From assembly GCA_964016885.1 (NCBI GenBank), contig OZ024743.1:162502001-162566000 (forward strand): 64,000 bases of DNA, written 5' to 3'. A model generated the notes under the pieces. The model saw only the letters and a program-made list of their open reading frames with translations. It made no database searches and was not told the DNA's origin. Both the position numbers and the translations under genes were made by a program. This document shows, piece after piece, positions 1 through 10,394 of the stretch. The stretch comes from Eledone cirrhosa (Eukaryota). How positions within the stretch are numbered: position 1 is the stretch's first letter; every line of letters begins with the position of its first letter.

Positions 1-136
1 CGTAAAGCGAGCGAGACAGTAAACAAACAAGCAAGGATAGCAACGCAAAGATAGGAAAAAACAAGCGCATGGGGATCCGGTCAGCTTAAAAGCTGTGTGG
101 ATTTCATGAGCGGGGGAAATACAGACCGTCCGACGG

Positions 137-137
<1 letters not shown>

Positions 138-187
<50 letters not shown>
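138..187. repeat. Compound microsatellite (TA)n-(TG)n-(GA)n
   Basis: Read directly from sequence. Confidence 0.9.
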
Positions 188-1420
188 GGGGCGGTGAAAA
201 TGGTGTTGGGAGGAGAATGATAGGCAGGGGATGGTAGGTGAAAGGTCAGGCCTTGGGGTAGGGACAAAGAGAAGAGTACAGGGGTGTCATGGGTGTGGTT
301 GTGTTTATATGCCAAGGAATGAAATTGGTAGACGTGCATGGATTCAGTGTGTGTATGTAAACACGTGGGTGTCTCAGAGACATATAGTTGTGTGCACACT
401 GGAGTGTGTGTGTATGTGGGCGTGTGTATGTATGATGTTTCTAAGTATGTGAGGCCGTACAATCGTGTGTATGTGTATTATGTGTGTATGTGAGTGTGTC
501 TACACACGGGTAAGTGTAGGTGACTTGTTTCTATTGTTTCTATGTATGTGAGTGTACGTTTGTGTATGTGTATATATATTTTTACGTGTGTGTCAGATAG
601 GTGTGTGTATGTATGCCTGCGAGTGTGTTTGTGACTTTGTATTAACTATAGAGGAAAGATATAGTGTCTGAGTGTTTATGTTTGGGTATGTCTGTGTGTG
701 TGTATTGTTTCTATGTATGCGAGTGTTTATTTCTGCGTATGTGTCGAATGATTGAGTGTGTACGCTTGTGTGTGTGTGTGTGTATTTTCACGTGTGTACC
801 GGATGTCTGAGTGTATGTGTGTATATTTGTATCCACGTGAGCACCGTGGTTGCGTTTGGTCAGCAGCGGAACAATTTTATGTACATGTGTGTTAGGGTGG
901 ATGTATGTATGTTGAAATATTCACGTGTAATCCAGTTCAGAACAGTGATCGGAAAGTCATTGTACGAAGTCAAGAAAGGTTTTGGTCAGAGCGGAAGTGG
1001 GGGAGGGGAAGGAGGTGATCATGCACGCAGAACAGAAGTGATTTGGGAGGGAGCTGTGGTGGTAGCGTGTGTAGTAGAAGTAGTAGTAGGTACAAAGCAT
1101 GGATGGTGGTGAAGGGGAGTGAAGGGTGTGTCGGTAATGGTGATAGGGGACGAAGGTAGGCCGGTGGGGTACATGGACGGTTAGTGCCTGGTGGTGGGTC
1201 CGTCAGTAGATTAGTTGGTGCCAAAGTAAGGTAAAAGAGGGAGATTGGGGTAAGGGGGGTAATTAGTATAGGTATATGGGTTGGTGGTGGAATGATGGTG
1301 TGTGTGTGAGGAGTTAATAGAAAAGAGGTGGGAAATTGTGCCTTGCTCGTGTCTAAGATGTGTGTCCGGAGCTTCGGAGCACACAATAAGGCCACAGACG
1401 GTGAGTTGCGGGTGGAATGT
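188..1420 (-). mobile_element. CA-rich degenerate element, possibly the 3' part of a Penelope-like retroelement (thumb/linker remnant plus low-complexity tail)
   Basis: Minus-strand translation gives GLIVCSEAPDTHLRHEQGTISHLFSIN, which loosely fits the PLE thumb pattern RAxxICSxxxLxxExxxIxxxFxxN. Later comes PFLTSYNDF...IKLFRC*PNATTVLT. It shares scattered motifs with 18001-19410. By-eye match only. Confidence 0.35.
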
Positions 1421-1428
1421 CGGGCTCC

Positions 1429-3390
1429 TCAGTAGCACTGCCAGGCCAGGCATTTCTGGAAGTTGTCCATAGGCCCCGGCCCGAAAGATCTTCCGAAGAG
1501 ATTGGCTAGTTGATTTTCGTCGACGCCTAGAGGTTCCCCAAGTACGTCGTCGCTCTTCCCCTCCACTAATCCTCTATAGAACGCCAAGGTGGAGTTTCCA
1601 CCGATCACGTTGCCCGAATGGTCGAGGGCTGTGAGTGCCTGAAGACATACCAATCTCCAAGCGCTCCCTCTCGGTCTTCGCTTGACCCAGGACTGCAGCT
1701 CCGTCAAGGAGAAGAGCTGGGGGAAGACGCGTCTAGCAAACGGCGACCACACCTGACCACCGTCGAGGAAGAGGTGGAGATGTCGTAGCCTGAGCGCGTG
1801 ACTGCACATCCTCAGCCACGGCATGCCCAGCCATCCACGTAGCGGGTGTTGACAGCAGATGGACCGCCTGACCATCGGAGCGCGCCCCTTCCACAAAAAG
1901 CGAAAGAGCAAACGCTCCAGCGCAGTCAGGCGAGGCTTAGGACAAGGTACGACGGTCAGGCGGTAGTAGATGACGGACGCGATGTACGCGTTCGCCACCT
2001 CCACTTGACCTTTCAGGGATAGCTTCCTCTCTGCCCATTTCTGGGTGAGAGAAGCCACCCTACTCGTCACCTCGTCCCAGTTTTTGTCCGTCTGGAGGTC
2101 CGGACCGAACCAGACCCCTAGCGCCCGTCGACGCTGTTGGACGGCATGAACCTGCCTCTCCGAGTGCCAAACTGCAGGCCCACCGACTTTTCCTGGTTGA
2201 TCATTGCTCCTGTCACCGCTTCGTATTCTCTTAGTGTAGTGCCTATCGCCTCGATGTGTTTGGCGTTCGACACCACTACGGTGACATCGTCCGCATATGC
2301 TGACACGGATCTTCTGCATCCTAGTTCGTGCGGGACCCCCTCAACGTCTCCAGTTTGTGCAGTAATGGCTCGAGAGTCAATACGTACAAGAAAGACGAGA
2401 GGGACATCCTTGGCGGACCGAGCGCATGATGTTGAACGGTTCCGAAAGGTGACCGTTCACTCTCACCACAGAGCAGATGTCGGTGTGCATGGCAGTGATC
2501 CAGCCTCTGAAGACGGGCCCAAAGCCAACCGCCCTCAGGAGTGCCGCCAGATAACGATGGTCGACCCTATCGAAAGCTTTCGACTGATCTAAATTGATCA
2601 AGGACCCACCCGTGCCAGGTACCCTAGCTACCCTCTCCACGATGTATCGCATGAGGTGGAGGTTGTCGTTGATGGATCTATCTTGAATGGCGCATGTCTG
2701 CGCCTCTCCCACCAGACCACCAACGACAAGCGCCAACCTCTTTGCTAGCACCTTGGCCAAAATCTTGAACTCTGTGTTTAGCAGAGTTATGGGCCTGAAA
2801 TTACCTATGTTATCCCCCTTGTTTGGATCCTTTCTCGGAAGTGCGACCGCTCCTCGGCTCACAGAGCTGGGAATTCTCCCGTTCTGATGCCAGTTGCAGT
2901 AGACGTCCGCCAAGAGGCCTCTTAACAAGTCTGGCATCTGTACGTAAAGTTCATAGGGAAGACCATTCAAACCAGGCGATTTACCCCTTGTGCAGCGAGT
3001 CATTCCCTCCCGTACTTCAGTGGCTGTTATTGGCTTTTCGCAACACTCCACCTCAGTGGCCGAGAGCCGCGGCAGTCCGTCGAGGTAGGCACTAAAGTCC
3101 ATCCGTCAATTCGGCCCGCCGCTGCCCCCGAACAGCTGAGCGAAGTGCCGCTGAAAAGCTTCACACATTTTCCCGGGATCGAGTAGCATGCGCCCGTCGT
3201 GATCCACCAAAGACCGGATCGTGGCTTTGTTGCCACGACGCGCCTCCGCCACTCGGGCCCATTGAACGGCTTTCGTCCCCGCGTATCTGAGAGCACGCAC
3301 CCTAGCTCTGACAACGTAGCCTTCGTGCTTTGCATTGAAGAATTGGTCAAGGGCCAATTTCGCCGCAAGTACGTCGGTCGTGATGTCTTT
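1429..3390 (-). pseudogene. Tx1 ORF2 remnant (RT and downstream region), frameshifted, lacking endonuclease
   Basis: ORF pieces 3106-3423, 2377-3102, 2118-2306 and 1429-2319 carry consecutive L1/Tx1 RT motifs, broken by stops and frameshifts. Confidence 0.88.
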
Positions 3391-3705
3391 ACTAAAGGTG
3401 TGGAAAAAGATGGGAAAGACCACTTACCTCACATCTCGTAGAGGAAGGATGGTTTCTTCATCCTTCTCATGCTTGTGGTCTCCTCCAGAAGGATGTCCCT
3501 ATAAATCTTCCTGGAGAGTGTTTGTCGGAAGTCACCGATGTCCTTGGGGAACTTTTGTTTTAGTGTCGTGTACGTTTTCTGTGTGATGCGAGTGATTTGT
3601 ATGTGTGGGGGTGGTGTGAATTTTTGGGGTGTTGTATAGTCTTTTTCTGTGATGATGGTGTTATGTTGGGTGTAGTGTAATAATTGGTTGTTGTTCAAAT
3701 TTAAT

Positions 3706-3890
3706 TGTTTCTACTTTAGGCACAAGGCCAGCAATTATCCAGTGCATTACTGGTACTTTATTTTATCGACCCCGTAAGGATGAAAGGCAAAGTCAACCTC
3801 GGCGGGATTTGAACTCAGATCATAAAGGGACGTAACTATGCTGGAAAGCATGGCGTCTGACCCTCTACCGATACTGCCAATCCACCGCCC
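3706..3890 (-). mobile_element. tRNA-derived SINE, copy 1 (octopod OK/OR-like)
   Basis: Minus strand begins GGCGGTGGATTGGCAGTATCGGTAG (A-box-like) and has GAGTTCAAATCCC (B-box). Body GACTTTGCCTTTCATCCTTACGGGGTCGATAAAATAAAGTACCAG. Flanked by the 20-bp repeat GGTTGTTGTTCAAATTTAAT. Absent from Tx1 copy B. Confidence 0.85.
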
Positions 3891-3910
3891 GGTTGTTGTT
3901 CAAATTTAAT

Positions 3911-4098
3911 TGTTTCTACTTTTGGCACAAGGCCATAAATTACCCAGTGCATTACTGGTACTTTATTTTATCGACCCCGTAAGGATGAAAGGTAAAGTTA
4001 ACCTCGGCGGGATTTGAATTCAGATCATAAAGGGAGGTAACTCTATGCTACAAAGCATGGTCTCCGACCCTCTACCAATACTGCCAATCCACCGCCCC
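3911..4098 (-). mobile_element. tRNA-derived SINE, copy 2 (tandem with copy 1)
   Basis: Same family as 3706-3890 with multiple substitutions. Bounded by the same 20-bp repeat at 3891-3910 and 4099-4118. Confidence 0.85.
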
Positions 4099-4279
4099 GG
4101 TTGTTGTTCAAATTTAATGCTGTGTAGTGTGTATCGTTTTGGTTGCTTTGTTTTGTTTGCGTTTGCTCTGGATTTGTTTCTGTTTCGCTTTTTGGTTATT
4201 TTTGTGGCGTTGGTGATGGTGGTGTTGGGGTTAATGATGGTGATGATGTTGGTGTTTGTGGTGATGGGCTGGTGTGGGT

Positions 4280-5537
4280 GGTGGCATGTCTTAAATTTTT
4301 TTCCCCCTACATTTTGTTTTTGGAGAGCAAAGGAAGAGAATTTTTTTCTTTTTGGGGTTCTTTTTTTCTTTTTCCTTTTTCCTGATACCATTTCCCACTC
4401 CTCCTCGTCACAATTTGTCTCCAGTTGCGCTAGGTCAGGAAGTGGAAAATCCTCCACAGGCGTTGGTTTTGGTTGTGGCGTCGTGTATGGTGGAGGCGCT
4501 GGTGCTAATTCTGGCGCAGTGGGTGGTGGTGGTGTTGGTTTTGCTACTGTTGCTGCTACAGTTGCTTTTGTTATTGCTGCTACATTTGTTGCTGCCATTT
4601 CTGCTGCTGGTGGTTTTTATGGTTGAGTCACTGGGGTGGGTAGGAGAGATGGCCTCAACTTTTTATCCTGAGGGCAGAAAGCCTTTAGGTGGGTTCCTTC
4701 ACCACAAACGACACACCTAGGCCTTCTACCCTCAACAATTACGGTGAGGTGGCTGCCTTCAGTGAGGTCTATCACCTCTAGAATTTCCTCAATGTTTTTT
4801 TGGTCCGCTTGGATCAGGAGCTCCATCTCAATCCGGACCAGTTCTCCTGTTTTTCTTTTGTTAAATCAATTATTTTCGTATTGACGTCGATGCCGGCGAG
4901 GACGGCAGCCATTAGCCAGAGAATTTCGATGGCCGGCGGAACGTGGGTCACTCTGATCTTCACGAGTCTCTGACCACAATAACTTGGGACGAGTGTGAAT
5001 TCGTCACTTCTTAATGGGGCCATGGAGTGCTCTCTGGCTTCCTGTGGTGTTCCAAAGAACACGTCCACGGTTCCATATTTCTGCCCACGTCTGATGTGGG
5101 GTTTTTTCGCCCACACAAGTCCCAAAGCTTTTTGTATCTGGGACTCGGATGCCCATTCCACTCGGCGTGATTTTGTGTTTATCGTCCGATATGACACGGT
5201 GCATAGGCGCCGATGCTCCATTTTATTAGATGGGGTGAGGCTAACCCTGTACCCATCTTGTTTTACCATTCTCTTGGCTTCATTTAATTCATCCTGGCTT
5301 ACCTCGATTGTTTTGTTTTGCGCTTGTGTTGATGTTGTTGTTGTTATTCGCATTGTTGTTGTTGTTGCTGTTGTTGTTATTGTTATTTTTGTTATTTTTA
5401 GTTTCAGTTGTGGTGGTGGTGGTGGTGGTGGTGGTGGTGGTGGTGGTGGTGGTGGTGGTGGTGGTGGCGTCAGTGGTGTTCGGCGTGGAAGAGTCGATTC
5501 TGTGTGAATCCATTTCGATGTCACGAGATAATAATTT
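4280..5537 (-). pseudogene. Tx1 ORF1 (gag-like, CCHC zinc knuckle) remnant, copy A
   Basis: ORFs 4814-5581, 4617-4826 and 4020-4598. CX2CX4HX4C knuckle followed by a Pro/Ala/Thr-rich and then basic tail. Confidence 0.8.
5410..5468. repeat. (GGT)n microsatellite expansion inside Tx1 ORF1 (poly-Pro frame)
   Basis: About 19 units here versus about 4 at the homologous site in copy B (~15470-15484). Confidence 0.9.
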
Positions 5538-5995
5538 ACTATTATTATTGTCTCAAATTTTAACAACATGTTTAATTCCAATTTTACGGGAATATGTCAA
5601 CACAATATATATTAAACATACGAACACAAACTCATAGATACTACATATCACAAAACCCAGTAACCACAAAGCCACCGCCGCCACTACCCATCCATCATCT
5701 TGCTACCACTATCCCATCGCCGCCGCCACCACTCCTTCATTGCTACCACCACTATTCCCCTGTTAACTTGAGAGAGAAAGGGGAAGGTGGCGGTATCACT
5801 AGACAAGGGAGAGGCTAGCAAAAGATATAAATAGATTGACTTAGTGACCTGGCCACCGGCCAAACGTCAACATCAACAACTATGGGACTGCTGGCTCACC
5901 CCTTCCTCACCAACAATATAAAAAGCCCCGGCACCACCACCGACATAGCCAACAACAATAACAGGCAACTACAGCAGAAAGTATATTATATTATT

Positions 5996-6045
5996 GTAAT
6001 GCACTGGGTGATTGCTGGCCTTGTGCCTGAAGTGGAGACAATTAT
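5996..6045 (+). mobile_element. 5'-truncated SINE 3' tail
   Basis: GTAATGCACTGGGTGATTGCTGGCCTTGTGCCTGAAGTGGAGACAATTATT matches the 3' end of the SINEs at 3706-4098. It sits in an ATT-rich context. Confidence 0.75.
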
Positions 6046-6139
6046 TAATAATTTCATTCTTAAGCCACGCAATGCTCACATTAAGGAACCACTCATGATA
6101 ATAACAATTTTAAAAGAAACAACAAAAAGAAAACCCCGT

Positions 6140-9100
6140 GACCAAGAAATACCGGGATGGCGGCCGGCGGGGAATAGCCGTGTCTCTAGGGGAGAATGAC
6201 CCCTCTAGTCTTGGTTGACACCCGTTCTAGAAGTGGTAACACAAAATGATTACCCCTTGGCGGATAAGGATAAAACGCGTCAAAATAAAGTAAATGTCTA
6301 ATGATAAAATCTCATACCGGATCGGCCGTCAGCCGGGTAAAAAAGGGCCGCGTCCCTCAGAGAGGAACCAGACTGGGGTCGAAAAATCAGCTAATGGTTC
6401 AAACCTTCCCATCACTTCGGCGCTGGAGACCTCCCATAACCGGAATACTCCTACTGTTGGCCCTCCATGCTCACCACCAAGAAATCCAAAGAAAAAGAGA
6501 GAAAAATGGTCAAGGGAAGATAATAAAGAAGTCCTTGAGGCTTTCTACACTGCCATGTACTACCCATCAAATACATCGAATACAGAACAGACATATATCA
6601 ACTGGAAAAAGAAACATCCCGAAAACAGAGGCTATATTGACAGTAACAAACTAGCCAATATACGAAGAAATATTGTAAAAAAAAAGTTACTAACTGATAT
6701 AGAAATTGATCAGATCAAGCTATTAGCACAAAGTCAGCGAAGGGAAAATGAAACATGTGTCAGTGAAAACGAGGTAAACTGTAACACTTCGAACCCCAGG
6801 GTTGGGGCGGAATCACTGGCAACAGAACAAATTAAAGAAAGGATCGAAAAAGTGGAGGGAGTGCATGCTCAGGATGAAACTCCAAATAAAAATAATGAGA
6901 TCGTAAATGAGAAAGAAATGAATGAGAATGAACTTGCCAACTTGAAGGATGAAATTATGATCGAATGGATGAAAATGAAAGAATCTGACATGGAGCAACG
7001 AGACACCCTCCCTAAGATCCAGAACTCCAAACAGAACCAAAAGATAATACACAAGACTAACATAATTCTCAAAAACATTATCATCACAAACAAACTAAAC
7101 ATTACTGATTTAAATCATCTCTATTATGCATCGGCTAAAGTCACCACTCACTTATGTGGAGTGAAGATGAAAAAACAAAGGAATTCCCACAAGAAATCTA
7201 CTTGGCAAGAGAACATCAATCGCCAAATAAACCTTCTCCGATCTGACATAGAAATTTTAACAAACTATAAAGTAGGTGAATATGTTAAACAAACTAAACT
7301 TAGAAAATTGAAAAAGAAGTACAGTATAAAATCAACATGTGACATAGACATGCTGATAGAAATAATCAAGCAAAAAGTGTCGGCCAAAGCTGCTCGTATA
7401 AGGCGCTTTGAAAAACGATCTAGATTCTATAAGGACAATAATATGTTCAAAAACAACCAAAGAAACTTCTACAGAAAAATTGGTAAGTCAACAATAACTG
7501 CTAAATCAATACCACCCAAGGAGGAAGTGCAAGAATTCTGGGAAAAGATCTGGGCCGAAGAAAAAGTTCATAACATACATGCCCCATGGATAGACAGACA
7601 AATGAAAGATACAGCTCACCTTGAGGAACAAATATGGGAAATATAACAGTTGAACAGTTGCGCTTGGCTCTAAGAAAAACCAGCAAATGGAAATCCCCAG
7701 GAAAAGACAAAATACAAAACTTTTGGATAAATGCCTTCACATAGTCTCATGAGCTGTTACCCCAACTTTACAATGAAATAGTTAAGGAGCCAGAAAAGAT
7801 ACCACCATGGCTAGTTAACGGCATTACATTCCTGCTTCCGAAGAATGATGAGACAAACAATCCCAAAAATTACAGACCGATAACTTGCTTGACCACAATG
7901 TATAAAATTTTAACATCAGTCCTAACTGAATACACATATGACGACCTGATAACAAATGACCTATTCCCCATTGAGCAGAAAGGGTGTAAACGAGGCTCAT
8001 ATGGCTGTAAGGATCAGCTTTTGGTTAACAAAATGATACCGGAAGATTGTCATAATAGACACAAAAATCTATCAATTACTTGGATATATTATAAAAAAGC
8101 AGTCGATAGTTTGCCACACAGTTGGATTGAAAAATGTTTAGAGATTTTCAAAATATCCCCCGTTGTCAGGAGGTTTTTGTCATTCAGTATGAAGACATGG
8201 AAAACGACACTCCTTTTGAATAGTGAAACAAAATCACTGGAAGCTGGAGAAGTTAATATTAATTGTGGAATTTTTCAGGGTGACTCTTTATCACCGCTTT
8301 TATTCTGCATCGCACTTATACCATTAAGTAAAATGCTCAATGAAACAAAACATGGATATAGAGTCTATGACAAAACCATTAATCACTTGTTCTACATGGA
8401 TGACCTGAAACTATTTGCAAAAAATGATGAACAATTGCAAGGGCTATTATCCACTGTGGATCAGTTCAGTGATGACATTAAAATGGAGTTTGGACTAGAT
8501 AAATGCACCAAAGCAACGTTCACCAGAGGAAAGCTGCTGAAGAGTTCAGACATTAATCTTGATCGGGGGATCGTGATAAGAGAACTTGATCAAGAAAAAA
8601 CTTACAAATATCTAGGTGTTTGTGAAGGAGGCGGAATCAAGCACTCGACAATGAGGGAAAGGATAAGGAAGGAATGTTACCGCAGAGTAAGAGCAATCTT
8701 AAGAACGGAATTGAATGCAAGGAATAGGATCGATGCCATAAACACGCTTGCCATACCAGTAGTAACCTACAGTTACAATGTCATCAACTGGTCAAGCACA
8801 GAGATCCGTAGGCTCGATACAAAAATTCGAAAATTCTTAACCATGCACAGAATGCATCACCCTAAGGCAGATATAGATAGAATATATCTCCCTAGGAAAG
8901 AAGGAGGACGTGGGTTAATCCAGTTAGACATTGCGTTGAAAACTGCAACAATTGGATTATCTACATATCTAAGGGAATCACATGATTGGATGATCAAACT
9001 TGTTTTGAAACACGAAAGCATCAAAAGATCATATTCCATTACAAAAGATGCACAAAGATACAGTAATGGACTACAAATTTCAGAAGTCCCATTTACTGCT

Positions 9101-10088
9101 GAAATGGAAAACACAGAAAAAGCAAAGCAGGTAAAAGTAACTGCAAAGAAAGAACTGCTACAGAAACTGGCTAAGAAATGACAAGAAAAGCCTCTGTATG
9201 GAAAATACCCAGAGCGAGCTAACAATCCTGATGTTGACAAAACTTTAACCCATCAGTGGTTGGCATCCTCTGGACTGAAATCGGAGACTGAAGGACTGAT
9301 TATATCAGCACAAGATCAGTGTCTGCCAACAAAAAATTACCAAGCCAACATAATAAAAAATGGATGCAGCCCATTATGCCGTGTATGCAAAAAACAACCA
9401 GAGACCATTGACCATATAATTTCAATGTGCAGTCCTATAGCTCCAACCGAATACCTAAACAGGCATGACAGAGCTGCACAATACATACATTGGATAATGT
9501 GTAAGCATTTTGACCTGCCCCATCAAAAGAATTGGTGGGAGCATCAACCACCTCCCATACTTGAAAAAGATCACATCTCAATCTTGTGGAACTTTAGCAT
9601 CCAAACAGACCGAAAAATAGATGCAAATAGACCTGATATAATATTGAAGGACTTTAAAAAGAGGGTATGCCTGCTAATTGATATGTCTGTTCCAATAGAC
9701 AAGAATGTATCTATAAAAACATTTGAAAAATTGAGCAAGTATAAGGACCTCTGGAGATAGAAATTGGAAAAATGTGGAAATTGAGAACTAAAACAATACC
9801 AGTGGTTGTAGGCGCTCTGGGAATGATACCTAAGGGGTCTAATGATTACTTATCGCAGATCCCAGGAAACCCGCGTATAGGAGAAATACAAAAGATAGTA
9901 CTAATGGGAACTGCCCATATACTAAGGAAGATTCTGTCAATATAAGTACATCACAAGTCTAAACACTAAAGATGCATGTGTGAGTATATATGTTCTTTCT
10001 TGAACATGGCGAACCTTGTTGTCTCTTGAGGTCACTGGTTGTGACTTGGTGATAACTCGTATGAACATAAAGCAAGATAAATGCAACT

Positions 10089-10123
<35 letters not shown>
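6140..10123 (+). mobile_element. R4/Dong-clade non-LTR retrotransposon (RT plus restriction-like endonuclease), near full length, with (AAT)n tail
   Basis: Single long ORF architecture with N-terminal KWSREDNKEVLEAFY. RT motifs NYRPITCL, EQKGCKRGSYGCKDQL, GIFQGDSLSPLLF, HLFYMDDLKLFA. CCHC CRVCKKQPETIDHIISMC, RHD, and RLE RPDII...IDMSVP...K..KY. Ends in (AAT)n at ~10090-10123. 5' boundary approximate. Confidence 0.9.
6294..9945 (+). pseudogene. Dong/R4 polyprotein with few lesions (frameshift ~7640, stops ~7742 and 9179-9181, frameshift ~9750)
   Basis: ORFs 6294-7646, 7889-9181 and 9260-9760, plus terminal IPVVVGALG...GTAHILRKILSI* ending at 9945. Confidence 0.88.
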
Positions 10124-10124
<1 letters not shown>

Positions 10125-10394
10125 GTTTATTTATTGGCCACAAGGGCTAACATGAAAAAAAACATTACAGACGGCACGGAACAGTACAGGGCGATACAAA
10201 GTGGGTTTTGGTCGTGTAAACAGGTTATAACAAGACAGAAATCGGGAAAGAAATCAAAAAATTTTCAAACAACAAAAATTCCCCCAAAAGGAGGAAACCT
10301 ACGAGGGTCATCCGTAGCGAAAACCACACAAAAGACCACGGCCACCCTGACCACCAGGGCAAGCGCCCTCTCTCAGTTTTTCCCACTCCTCAGT

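Larger units (their letters stand above)
1425..5537 (-). mobile_element. Tx1/L1-clade non-LTR retrotransposon, copy A: truncated at both ends, APE domain deleted, SINE doublet inserted
   Basis: RT motifs KSPGLNGLPYELY, NFRPITLLNTEFKILAKVLAKRL, LDQSKAFDRVDH, SVRQGCP, AYADDVT. ORF1 knuckle CVVCGEGTHLKAFC. Collinear with copy B (10124-16133). Confidence 0.92.

Noticed and set aside
231-1112. Cys/Val-rich ORFs, also 16190-16564, 18055-19267 and 4045-5637 antisense
   Set aside because: Translations of TG/CA microsatellite-like or antisense low-complexity TE sequence, with no domain signal.
5538-5995. Possible host exon or element between Tx1 copy A and Dong
   Set aside because: Low-complexity CCA/CAA-rich sequence with no recognisable domain, termini or splice pattern that I can support.
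9179-9181. In-frame TGA in the Dong ORF as programmed readthrough
   Set aside because: It sits where Trp (TGG) is expected before the KPLYGKY motif, and the copy has other lesions, so it is a simple nonsense mutation.
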